A stretch of 64,000 nt of DNA, taken from the NCBI GenBank assembly GCA_041690135.1, contig JAWLHY010000008.1, forward strand, positions 288,001-352,000, in the 5' to 3' direction. Under the pieces are notes generated by a model. That model was not told where the DNA came from. It worked only from the letters and a program-made list of their open reading frames with translations, and searched no databases. Shown here in pieces: positions 30,855 to 39,457 of the stretch (position 1 is the stretch's first letter; every line of letters begins with the position of its first letter). A program made the translations under genes and the position numbers. This DNA comes from Armatimonadota bacterium (GTDB lineage Bacteria; Armatimonadota; SYMT01).

Positions 30855-31406
30855 CTACGGATCGACGATGAGTGCATTCGTGTTCGGGTCCACCACGTAA
30901 GGCACGTTCGGGAGCAGCGGTCCCCGCAAGGCGGAAGGTCCGCGGCCGATAATCAACGCGTTCCGGCTGGGATCTGCGATCACTCCGTATCCGCCCCCGA
31001 AACCGAACTGGGTTCCCGCTCCGCCCTGAAAGCCGGCGCCGTTGGGAAAAGAACCTGCCCCAAACCCGCCACCGATGCCACCGCCAGGCACGCCGTAGCC
31101 GCCACCCGCTCCGCCAAAGCCGCCATAGCCGAAACCACCGGTCATACCCATTGTTTGACGCCAGAGGTCCAGTTCCGTCGGGACCACCATGGCGCCGTTG
31201 AGGACCGCTGCCACGGCTCGTGCATCCACATACTGAAGCTGAATCCGCTCCCAGGTGCGACCATCCGGCGATACGGCGGTGGTGGGAGCCGATGGCCGGG
31301 TTACGGGCGTCCGCCGCTGGTACACACGGCTTTGCTGTTGGGCATGCGCAGGAAATGCGGAGTGGCATACTCCGCCCACAACCAAACCAAGGACCAGGGC
31401 TCTCAT
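30855..31406 (-). CDS. Secreted Gly-rich protein with secretin N-domain-like strands
   Basis: Signal peptide; IQLQYVDARAVAAVL ... VIADPSRNALII ... VVDPNTNALIV. Confidence 0.7.
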   Translation of the reverse strand: MRALVLGLVVGGVCHSAFPAHAQQQSRVYQRRTPVTRPSAPTTAVSPDGRTWERIQLQYVDARAVAAVLNGAMVVPTELDLWRQTMGMTGGFGYGGFGGAGGGYGVPGGGIGGGFGAGSFPNGAGFQGGAGTQFGFGGGYGVIADPSRNALIIGRGPSALRGPLLPNVPYVVDPNTNALIVDP

Positions 31407-31485
31407 TCTTCAATCCTCCCTCGTATTTGATGCTCGCAGGTTAGACTGGAGAGCCCCGGCACTTGTTGCGGCTCCATACGTAGTC

Positions 31486-31962
31486 CTACCCGACCACCTC
31501 GCCCGGCGATACGTCGACGAAGTCTTCGTCGGATACCAGGAGCAGGCTCTCCACATCCACGACGCCCGGCGTCCACCAGGCCACGTCTTCGATGGCTTTC
31601 TTGGTGTGGTACGTCGGTACGCTGCCATCAAGGCGTACCCGACCCCGGTTGGCATAGACCTCGATCTTCGCGCCTTCCACATAGGCGTCCCGGGCCAGTG
31701 CGTGCCGGACCTCCTCGGCGAGTTCGGCATCGGTGCGTTCCACGTAGTTCCGGATCGCCAGTTGATCGTCCACGCGCTCCACGCCGTCCGCATCCTGTGC
31801 CAACTCGCGCGCCGTACGCTTCTCGATGGCGCTATCCACGCTTCCCTTGAGGGTCACCACGGCGCCGCGAACCTCTACCTGGACCTCGCGGTGGTCAACC
31901 CGGCTGCTTCGTTCTAGAAACTGTTCGATGGTTGCCTTGATGGCTCCGTCTCCATCCTTCAT
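31486..31962 (-). CDS. Dual BON-domain protein
   Basis: VTLKGSVD..GVERVDDQL and VRLDGSV..GVVDVESLL. Confidence 0.9.
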   Translation of the reverse strand: MKDGDGAIKATIEQFLERSSRVDHREVQVEVRGAVVTLKGSVDSAIEKRTARELAQDADGVERVDDQLAIRNYVERTDAELAEEVRHALARDAYVEGAKIEVYANRGRVRLDGSVPTYHTKKAIEDVAWWTPGVVDVESLLLVSDEDFVDVSPGEVVG

Positions 31963-32076
31963 CTTGGCTTCTCCTCGCCGGAGCCGGAGGGTGCGTCGCC
32001 CCTGCAGTCGCTCGCTCCGACTTCCGTTTCATCCTGCCCGGTGCACCCAGCGATGAAACCCTCCCAGCCAAGCAAA

Positions 32077-32106
32077 CGAGGGGGCATCCTTACGGATACC
32101 CCCTCG
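32077..32106 (-). terminator. Terminator hairpin after the Spy-like gene
   Basis: CGAGGGGGCATCC-tta-CGGATACCCCCTCG, followed by TTTGCTT on the minus strand. Confidence 0.65.
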
Positions 32107-32132
32107 CGCAACGTCGACGTAGTTCGGTGAAA

Positions 32133-32750
32133 CTATTGCTGCTTCTTCCGGCGACCGACACCGGGCTGGAGCAACTTGCGCTGATCGGCGGTCAAGATCT
32201 CCCGAACCTCGGTCATCATCTTCTTATTGAGTTCCTGGATCTGGGTCTGCACGGCCTTCTTATCCGTCGCAGCCTTCAACTCCGCCTGGAGCTTCTGCCG
32301 ATCGCCGGCGTACTTGTCGGAGATCTCCTTGACCTTCGTCTTCTGCTCGGCGGTCAGGTTCAGGCCCACCATCTGGTTGCCGGCCGGGCCCATCATGCCG
32401 GTCAATTCCTTCGCCTCGGCCTGGAACGCTTCGAGCTGCTTCTGCTGATCGGCGTTCAGCGCGGCCTTCACCGCCGCTTCGTAGTCCTGGCGGGCCTTGC
32501 GAGAGGCCTGGCGCTTCTCCTTCGGTGTGGTGAGGGCGTTGGCGTCCTGGACGGCTTTGGTGTATGCCTCACCGGCGGTCTGGACCTTCGCCTTCTGGTC
32601 GGCATCCAGGTTCAAGCGAGCCACGATCGGGGGAGCCAGGAGACCCGGCGCGCGGCGGCCACCGCCACCCTGGGCCAGAGCGGCGGATACAAGGGAAAGG
32701 GAGAGGACACCCGTGATCAGAGCGGTACCCAGACGCTGCGTTACGTTCAT
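32133..32750 (-). CDS. Spy/CpxP-like (LTxxQ) periplasmic protein
   Basis: Signal peptide; LNLDADQ, LNADQ, LNLTAEQ, ILTADQ. Confidence 0.8.
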   Translation of the reverse strand: MNVTQRLGTALITGVLSLSLVSAALAQGGGGRRAPGLLAPPIVARLNLDADQKAKVQTAGEAYTKAVQDANALTTPKEKRQASRKARQDYEAAVKAALNADQQKQLEAFQAEAKELTGMMGPAGNQMVGLNLTAEQKTKVKEISDKYAGDRQKLQAELKAATDKKAVQTQIQELNKKMMTEVREILTADQRKLLQPGVGRRKKQQ

Positions 32751-32920
32751 GCTTTCCTCCTCTGGAAAGGTGACTGTGGAAGGGTAGCTGTGGGCATTGA
32801 ATCTTCCCGAAGCCGGCTCGACCGGAGGCAGTTCCAGGTCGGTGAGTTGCGGAATGCTTCAGGAAAACAGGTTTGTTCCGGTGAGAAGACCGCCATACGG
32901 TCTCATTCGTTCCACCTCTC

Positions 32921-32948
32921 TCGACGCTGGCCTAGCCGGCCATGTTCA
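32921..32948 (-). promoter_or_regulatory. Candidate ECF-sigma promoter of the Spy-like gene
   Basis: Minus strand TGAACA-N16-CGTCGA. Confidence 0.55.
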
Positions 32949-33045
32949 TAAAACTCAAGAGGAAGGAATGTGAGGCGGCAGCAGGGAGGAAGGGACAGGT
33001 GCGTCGCGCCAAAGAATATCCGCAGGCGATCCCAAGGAGAACCCC

Positions 33046-34017
33046 ATGGAAGAAGTAAGGACAGGATTGGATACAACCCGGCGCGATCTGCTGCGCGTGG
33101 CCGGCTCCGTGTTGGCAGTGGGCGCGACAGCCACTGCGGTGCCGGCAGCGCAACGGACACCACGAAGGAACGCTGGGCGAAAGGGGTTCCGGTATTGCCT
33201 GAACACGGCCACGATCATGGGGCAGAAGGTTCCCCTGGTCGAAACAGTGGAGCTCACGGCCAAGGCCGGTTACGATGCGATCGAACCCTGGATCCGGGAG
33301 ATCGAGGCTTACGAAAAGGACGGAGGGTCGCTGGCGGACCTCCGAAAACGCATCGAAGACCGCGGCCTGGAGGTGGAAAGCGCCATCGGCTTCTTCGAGT
33401 GGATCGTAGATGACGACGCCCGCCGGGCCAAGGCCCTGGAAGATGCGAAACGGGCCATGGATCGGGTCCGGCAGATCGGCGGCACGCGCCTTGCCGCTCC
33501 CCCGACCGGCGCCACCGATCGCTCCGACATCCCGCTGGCGAAGATGGCCGATCGCTACCGTGCCCTTCTGGATCTCGGCCAGGAAATGGGCGTGACTCCA
33601 CAGGCGGAGATCTGGGGCTTTTCCAAGAGCCTGAACCGGCTGGGCGATGCCAGTCTGGTGGCGATCGAGACCGGGCATCCCCAGGCGTGCGTCCTCGCCG
33701 ATGTCTACCATTTATACAAGGGGGGATCCGGCTTTCAGGGGCTCCGGCTCTTGAGTGGCCAGGCAATGCAGGTCTTCCACGTCAACGACTATCCCGCCAA
33801 CCAGCCCCGCGAGACGATCACCGACGCACACCGCGTTTACCCCGGCGACGGCATCGCGCCCCTGGATGAAGTCTTCCGCACTCTGCGCGACGTGGGCTTC
33901 AACGGGGTTCTCTCCCTTGAGCTCTTCAACCGCGACTATTGGCAGCAGGACCCCAAGCTGGTAGCCCGCACCGGTCTGGACAAGTTGAATGCTGCGGTCG
34001 AAAAGGCCCTGGGATAA
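33046..34017 (+). CDS. Tat-exported sugar phosphate isomerase/epimerase (AP endonuclease 2 TIM barrel)
   Basis: TRRDLL; AGYDAIEPW; DVYH; HVND; PGDG; SLELF. Confidence 0.9.
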   Translation: MEEVRTGLDTTRRDLLRVAGSVLAVGATATAVPAAQRTPRRNAGRKGFRYCLNTATIMGQKVPLVETVELTAKAGYDAIEPWIREIEAYEKDGGSLADLRKRIEDRGLEVESAIGFFEWIVDDDARRAKALEDAKRAMDRVRQIGGTRLAAPPTGATDRSDIPLAKMADRYRALLDLGQEMGVTPQAEIWGFSKSLNRLGDASLVAIETGHPQACVLADVYHLYKGGSGFQGLRLLSGQAMQVFHVNDYPANQPRETITDAHRVYPGDGIAPLDEVFRTLRDVGFNGVLSLELFNRDYWQQDPKLVARTGLDKLNAAVEKALG

Positions 34018-34036
34018 CCTCCGCAGGAGCAAAGCC

Positions 34037-34351
34037 GTGGAAGAGACCTGCCCCAAATGCGGCTCCGAACGCTGGATGACCGGACTGCACGTTTTGTCAG
34101 ACGGGGGGTTAACGCTGGCGGTCAAGCGGCCAACGTGGACAGGCGAGGCGCGAGGATCGAGTCGCACCTTGGCTGAAGCCTGCGGCGAGTGTGGCTATAT
34201 TGAGTGGTTTGTCACCAGTCCGCATCGGATGTGGCGCGAATGGGAGCTGCAGCAGCGTATGGCAGCCGCTCGCAATAGGAGCAACCTACCACTTCCTGCC
34301 GCGGGCGCAACTGAGGAGACTGACGATCTCCCTATCCCTTCCGATGAGTGA
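34037..34351 (+). CDS. Small zinc-ribbon protein
   Basis: GTG with GGAG RBS; CPKCGS ... CGECGYIEWF. Confidence 0.7.
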   Translation: MEETCPKCGSERWMTGLHVLSDGGLTLAVKRPTWTGEARGSSRTLAEACGECGYIEWFVTSPHRMWREWELQQRMAAARNRSNLPLPAAGATEETDDLPIPSDE

Positions 34352-34376
34352 TCACGAGAGTGACTTGGCTCCTTAA

Positions 34377-34528
34377 AGGGAAGCGCGCAACCGGCAGAGC
34401 GAGTATGTGGGCACACAGCACCTGCTCCTCGGGCTTCTGATGACTGGGGCGAAGCCGCCCGGGTTCTCCGTGACCAGGGCGTCGAAGAGCACCGGATGCG
34501 AGCCATTGCGCGCGAGCTCCAGCGGTAA
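34377..34528 (+). pseudogene. Frameshifted Clp N-terminal domain remnant
   Basis: REARNRQSEYVGTQHLLLGLL, then in another frame GEAARVLRDQGV..; preceded by an in-frame TAA. Confidence 0.65.
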
Positions 34529-34805
34529 GGGGGTGGGGCGAGTAACTGGGAAGGTACAGTTTCCCAGAGGGAGGCCGACACCCGCGCGCGCGGGTACCCG
34601 GCGCCGTCACTCCGGCAAGCTTTGCTGACCTGCGTTGATGAACAGGTTCGTGCCGAGTGATCGAAACCTATTCAGATAATTTCCCACCCCCGAAGAGACA
34701 TTCGCAGCGACCCCACCGCATTCAGCGGAGCCTGATCCTTCGCACTCCCCGACTCCACCGGGTAACATGGACCGGTGTATCCGGTAGGGCGAGGGAGAAT
34801 GTGCG

Positions 34806-35960
34806 ATGGAGAGGCAGATCAAGCGGGTAGTGGTGGGCATGTCGGGCGGGGTGGATTCCTCCGTCACCGCCGCTCTGCTGCGGGACCAGGGATACGAGGT
34901 CATCGGCGCCACGATGCTCGTGTGGTCGCCGCCCGGCGTGGACATGAACTACACGGATAGCTGCTGTGGGCTCTCCGCCGCGGAGGACGCGCGTCGGGTC
35001 TGCGCGCGCCTCGGTATCCGCCACTACACCCTCGACTTCAAGGACGTCTTCTACGACGCCATCATCCGGAACTACGTGGAGGAGTACCGGCAGGGGAGGA
35101 CCCCCAACCCATGCGTCCGGTGCAACGAGTTCATCAAGTTCCGCGCACTCCTCGACCGGGCCGCGTCGCTGGGAGCAGACGCCGTCGCCACCGGCCATTA
35201 CGCGCGCATCCGTTACGACGAGGCGCGGGGTCGGTGGCTGCTACTGCGGGCCGCCGACCCACGAAAGGATCAGTCCTACGCCCTCTACCGGCTCTCGCAG
35301 GAGCAACTGTCCCGCACACTGTTCCCGCTGGGGGAAATGAGCAAGGTCGAGGTTCGCGATCTTGCCGCCCGGTATGACCTACCGACCGCCGGTAAGCCGG
35401 ATAGTCAGGAGACGTGTTTCGTTCCCGACAACGACTACCCGGCGCTACTCCAGATCCTCGTTCCCGACACCATGGTGCCCGGCCAGTTCCGTGGGACGGA
35501 CGGTCGCGTGCTGGGGACCCACCCGGGCATCGCCCATTACACGATCGGCCAGCGGAAGCGGATCAACGTCGGCTCTCCGGTGCCCCTCTACGTCAGCGGT
35601 ATCGATCCGGGCACCAATACCGTTACCCTGGCGGCCGCCGAGGACCCGGCGCTCTATCGGCAGTTAGTGGTGGCCGACGACGTTAATCTGATTTCCTTCG
35701 CTGTAGAGACTACTCCCCGGGATCCGACCGTGGGGCAAGATACGCCAAACGTGGGGGTGCTGGCCGGTCCAATGGCGGTCACGGCGAAGATACGGTATAA
35801 TGCGCACGACCAGCCAGCCACCCTTACGGTTGTTTCGGGCGAGGCTGGAATCCGCATCCGGGCCGAGTTCGAGCAACCCATGCGCGCCGTGACGCCCGGA
35901 CAGTCCCTGGTCTGCTACCAGGGGGACGAAGTAGTCGGTGGGGGCATTATTGCGGGTTAA
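34806..35960 (+). CDS. mnmA: tRNA 2-thiouridylase
   Basis: MSGGVDS, TPNPCVRCN, ATGHYAR, KDQSY, SQETCF, TIGQR, AVTPGQ. Confidence 0.96.
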   Translation: MERQIKRVVVGMSGGVDSSVTAALLRDQGYEVIGATMLVWSPPGVDMNYTDSCCGLSAAEDARRVCARLGIRHYTLDFKDVFYDAIIRNYVEEYRQGRTPNPCVRCNEFIKFRALLDRAASLGADAVATGHYARIRYDEARGRWLLLRAADPRKDQSYALYRLSQEQLSRTLFPLGEMSKVEVRDLAARYDLPTAGKPDSQETCFVPDNDYPALLQILVPDTMVPGQFRGTDGRVLGTHPGIAHYTIGQRKRINVGSPVPLYVSGIDPGTNTVTLAAAEDPALYRQLVVADDVNLISFAVETTPRDPTVGQDTPNVGVLAGPMAVTAKIRYNAHDQPATLTVVSGEAGIRIRAEFEQPMRAVTPGQSLVCYQGDEVVGGGIIAG

Positions 35961-35981
35961 TGCGCCGCCGGAAGCGGGTAG
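35955..35981 (+). promoter_or_regulatory. Candidate SigB/SigF-type promoter of the ytxH-rsbVW-sigB operon
   Basis: GGTTAA-N15-GGGTAG. Confidence 0.5.
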
Positions 35982-36011
35982 CTTTGACTGTACCACGCTG
36001 GAGGAAGAACC

Positions 36012-36326
36012 GTGAGTACGGAAGGTCGGGATAACCAGGATGGGCTTGTAAGCCTGCTCGTTGGTCTGGGTGTGGGCGTACTTCTGGGCGGAGTGACGGC
36101 GTTGCTGTTGGCTCCCCAGGAAGGAACGCAGACGCGTGCCCAGCTTCGCCACGGCGTGGACGACACGCTGGGTAAGCTGCGGGACTCGATGGATGATCTG
36201 CGCGCCAAGGTGGAAGAGGCTACCTCCTCCGCTCGCGAAGCGGTGGCTTCCCGGAGGGCGACGGGCCCCGACGCTCTCACGGGCGACGTGGCCGGTGCCA
36301 CCGACGAAGGCATCGCGCCCGCTTGA
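36012..36326 (+). CDS. YtxH-domain protein
   Basis: GVLLGGVTALLLAPQEGTQTRAQL. Confidence 0.85.
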   Translation: MSTEGRDNQDGLVSLLVGLGVGVLLGGVTALLLAPQEGTQTRAQLRHGVDDTLGKLRDSMDDLRAKVEEATSSAREAVASRRATGPDALTGDVAGATDEGIAPA

Positions 36327-36452
36327 TCTCCGTTTGACGCCCGCTCCCAACGGATCACGAGTCGCACGCCCCTTCCGCTCACGAGGTGGCGACGGCGTGT
36401 AATTGCTGGTCTTGCTGGCTGGACCCGAAAGAGTGGGCCAGAGGAGAAGGGA

Positions 36453-36794
36453 ATGAACTTGAGGGTTGAGACCCGTAAGCCTCGCGAAGGCGTTGCCGTC
36501 ATCGCCCTAAGCGGAGAGGTGGATGTCTACACGTCACCCCGTGTAAAGCAGGAGATTGTAGATCTGCTCAATGCGGGTACTACGAAACTGGTCGTGGACC
36601 TGAGTGGAGTGGAATATCTCGACAGCACCGGTTTGGGGGTGCTGATCGGCGGCCTCAAGCGGGCGCGCGAGCGTGACGGAGATCTGAAGTTGGTGTGCGA
36701 CAATCTGCGGATCCTGCGGATCTTTGAGATTACCGGCCTCACCAAGATCTTCGACATCTACCGGAACGAGAGTGAGGCACTGGAGAAGGTGTAG
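36453..36794 (+). CDS. rsbV: STAS anti-sigma-factor antagonist (RsbV-like)
   Basis: GEVDVYTSP, YLDSTGLGVL, IFEITGL. Confidence 0.92.
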   Translation: MNLRVETRKPREGVAVIALSGEVDVYTSPRVKQEIVDLLNAGTTKLVVDLSGVEYLDSTGLGVLIGGLKRARERDGDLKLVCDNLRILRIFEITGLTKIFDIYRNESEALEKV

Positions 36795-36870
36795 TCCAGC
36801 GTGGTCCGGGTCGGCGGTGACGTCGGTCACGGCCGACCCGAGTTGGGAATGTAAAGAGGAGCGCGAAACA

Positions 36871-37302
36871 GTGCCCACGAGTAAGCCATTGGCCCAGGTT
36901 GAGCTATGTATCCCCAGTCGGCCCGAGTACGTGGGGGTTGCGCGGTTGGCCATCCTGGGAGTGGCCAGCCGGATGCGGTTTAGCTACGACGAGGTGGAAG
37001 ATATTCGCCTCGCAGTGGGGGAAGCCTGCACCCGCTCGATCGATCGCTTGAACGGAAGCGCAGCCGAAGGACATACGATCAGCCTTCGGTGCCTCATCGA
37101 TGCCAACCGGCTAACGATCGAGGTAACGAACCCGCTGGTTCCGGCAGCGCCGAAACCTCCACCGGGCGAAAGCCCCGAGAGCCTGCCCGAAGGGGATCTC
37201 AGCGGAGTGCTGATCCGCATCCTGATGGACGAGGTTGAGGCCGAGGAAAGTCAGGATGAAGGCACTCAGGTCTTACGGATGGTGAAATACGTGGCGAGGT
37301 GA
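36871..37302 (+). CDS. rsbW: RsbW-like anti-sigma factor with degenerate ATP-binding boxes
   Basis: PSRPEYVGVARL..EDIRLAVGEAC..LMDEV; lies between rsbV and the sigma gene. Confidence 0.85.
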   Translation: MPTSKPLAQVELCIPSRPEYVGVARLAILGVASRMRFSYDEVEDIRLAVGEACTRSIDRLNGSAAEGHTISLRCLIDANRLTIEVTNPLVPAAPKPPPGESPESLPEGDLSGVLIRILMDEVEAEESQDEGTQVLRMVKYVAR

Positions 37303-37314
37303 TCGGTAGCAGTT

Positions 37315-38106
37315 ATGAAGCCCCGCGAGGAAGCCCAGACGTTCGAGGCAGATGCGGAGACTCTGTTTGAGGAATACCGGCGGACGGGGAGCCCCGCTCT
37401 CCGCGAGCACCTGGTTTTGATGCATGAAAACCTGGTCCGCTACCTGGCGGCGAAGTTTGCCAACCGCGGCGAACCGCTCGACGACCTGATTCAAGTCGGG
37501 ATGATCGGGCTAATCAACGCGATTGACCGCTTCGACCCGGGTAGGGGAACCAGGTTTTCTACGTACGCCACCCCGACGATCGTCGGGGAGATCAAGCGCT
37601 ACTTCCGCGACCGTTCGTGGAACCTGAAAGTGCCGCGCTGGCTGCAAGAGCTGAACCTGCGCGTGATGAAGGCCAACGACGAACTGTCGCAGCTTCTAGG
37701 GCGCTCTCCCAACATCCGCGAGATCGCGGACCACGTCGAGTGCACCGAAGAGGACGCGCTCCGCGCCATCGAACTGGGGAACGCCTACGAAACCGTTTCC
37801 CTCGACAGCAAGCTGGCGCTGGAAGGGGATGCGACGCTGACCCTTAGCGACTCGATTGGCGTGGAAGATCTCGACCTGGACCAGATCGATTCTTACGACG
37901 ATCTCAAAATGGCCCTGGCCCAGCTCGACAATCGGGAAAAGATGATCATCTACCTCCGCTACTTCCAGGACCTGAGCCAGACCGAGGTAGCGAAACGCCT
38001 CAACATTTCGCAGATGCACGTGTCGCGCCTCCAGCACCGGGCGCTCTCCAAGCTGAAGCAGTCGCTTTCGGAAGAACAAATGGAAGTTTTCCAGAAAGCC
38101 GCGTGA
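37315..38106 (+). CDS. SigB/SigF/SigG-family RNA polymerase sigma factor
   Basis: DDLIQVGMIGLINAIDRFD, YATPTIVGEIKRYFRD, SQMHVSRL. Confidence 0.95.
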   Translation: MKPREEAQTFEADAETLFEEYRRTGSPALREHLVLMHENLVRYLAAKFANRGEPLDDLIQVGMIGLINAIDRFDPGRGTRFSTYATPTIVGEIKRYFRDRSWNLKVPRWLQELNLRVMKANDELSQLLGRSPNIREIADHVECTEEDALRAIELGNAYETVSLDSKLALEGDATLTLSDSIGVEDLDLDQIDSYDDLKMALAQLDNREKMIIYLRYFQDLSQTEVAKRLNISQMHVSRLQHRALSKLKQSLSEEQMEVFQKAA

Positions 38107-38169
38107 CCGGAGGAGTTCTCGCCGCGTTTGCCGGAGTGGATAGTAATCTTCCGGCGACGCGGCGTATTC

Positions 38170-39330
38170 ATGTCCTCAGATCCAACTTCCCGAACCCTCG
38201 TGACCCTGGCGGGTCTTGCAGTCCTCGCGGCCTGCATGTGGCTCATCCGCGAGGTGCTCCCGCCGTTCCTGGTGGCGGCAGTACTGGCGTTGCTGCTCGA
38301 TCCGCTGTTGGGCCGAATGCAGCGGTGGGGCGTCCCGCGCGCGCTCGCTGTCGGCCTCACCTTTCTCGCCTTCCTCGGGTTGTTCTTCGGCGCCGTCGCT
38401 TTTGTCGTCCCGAAGCTGGTGGGGCAGGTAGCCGACCTGGTCCGCAACATCGATGATTACGGAGTACGGGCCGAAGCGCTCGTGAGCGCATGGCTTTATC
38501 GCTTCGAGCCTACTCTGCGCTCACTGAACCTACCTCCGACGCTTCCGGACCTCTGGACGGAGTACCAGGGCCAGATCACGGGCTATCTCCAGGTGCTGCT
38601 CCAGCACGTCTTCCAGGCACTACAGGCATCCGCTGCGCGGCTGGGATGGGTACTGGTCATTCCCATCGTCACCCTCTACCTCCTCGCCGACCTGGAGAAG
38701 TTGAAGGCGCGGATCTATCACCTCCTGTCGGCACGGTATCGGGACGTGGTGGTGGAGTTAGCGACCAAAGTGGGGCTGGTCGTGGCCGCCTATCTCCGCG
38801 GCCTGACGATGATCTGCCTCGCCTACGGGCTGGCCGTCTACCTGATCCTGGCTTTCGGCTATCGGCTTCCCTACGCTTTGATCCTCGGCCTCCTGGCCGG
38901 AGCCCTTTACGCCGTACCCTACCTGGGCCAGCTTACCGTGCTGGCGGGAGCCTGTGCGGTTGCATGGGCGAACGGGTCGGGTGGGGGGGAGATCTTCTCG
39001 GCGGCAGTCACGCTGGTGTTGATCGGTCAGATCTTCGATCAGTGGATCACGCCCCGCGTAATCGGGAGCCAGGTAGGCCTGCACCCCGTGCTCGGCCTTT
39101 TCGCCCTGATGGTGGGGGCGCAACTCTTCGGACTGACGGGAATGGTCATCGCCGTTCCGGTGGCTGCCTCCATCCGGGTCGTCCTCGTTGAACTGTTTCC
39201 CCAACTCGCCGAACCCATTCCCCCCGTGACCAGCAAGATCAGCCACCTGAAAAAGGTTATGGCTGCAAATGAAGCTCCCGAGCCAAGAACTGAAGAAGAA
39301 ACGTCCTCACCAGAGCTGGTGGCGCCGTGA
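38170..39330 (+). CDS. AI-2E family transporter
   Basis: Multiple TM segments; PYLG, ITPRVIG..GLHP, AVPVAA. Confidence 0.9.
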   Translation: MSSDPTSRTLVTLAGLAVLAACMWLIREVLPPFLVAAVLALLLDPLLGRMQRWGVPRALAVGLTFLAFLGLFFGAVAFVVPKLVGQVADLVRNIDDYGVRAEALVSAWLYRFEPTLRSLNLPPTLPDLWTEYQGQITGYLQVLLQHVFQALQASAARLGWVLVIPIVTLYLLADLEKLKARIYHLLSARYRDVVVELATKVGLVVAAYLRGLTMICLAYGLAVYLILAFGYRLPYALILGLLAGALYAVPYLGQLTVLAGACAVAWANGSGGGEIFSAAVTLVLIGQIFDQWITPRVIGSQVGLHPVLGLFALMVGAQLFGLTGMVIAVPVAASIRVVLVELFPQLAEPIPPVTSKISHLKKVMAANEAPEPRTEEETSSPELVAP

Positions 39331-39341
39331 TGCCAATGGGA

Positions 39342-39436
39342 GTGGGGCGGGCGTCTCGCCCGCCAGCGGCGATCAACCGATTGCCAAAGGCAAGCGCGAG
39401 CCTCTGTGGGGCGGGCGTCTCGCCCGCCCCACAGAG
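39342..39436. repeat. Two REP-like direct repeats (GTGGGGCGGGCGTCTCGCCCGCC) between convergent genes
   Basis: 23-bp copies at 39342 and 39406; the second extends into a hairpin CTCTGTGGGGCGGG/CCCGCCCCACAGAG. Confidence 0.75.
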
Positions 39437-39457
39437 AATTACAGTACGACTACGGTC

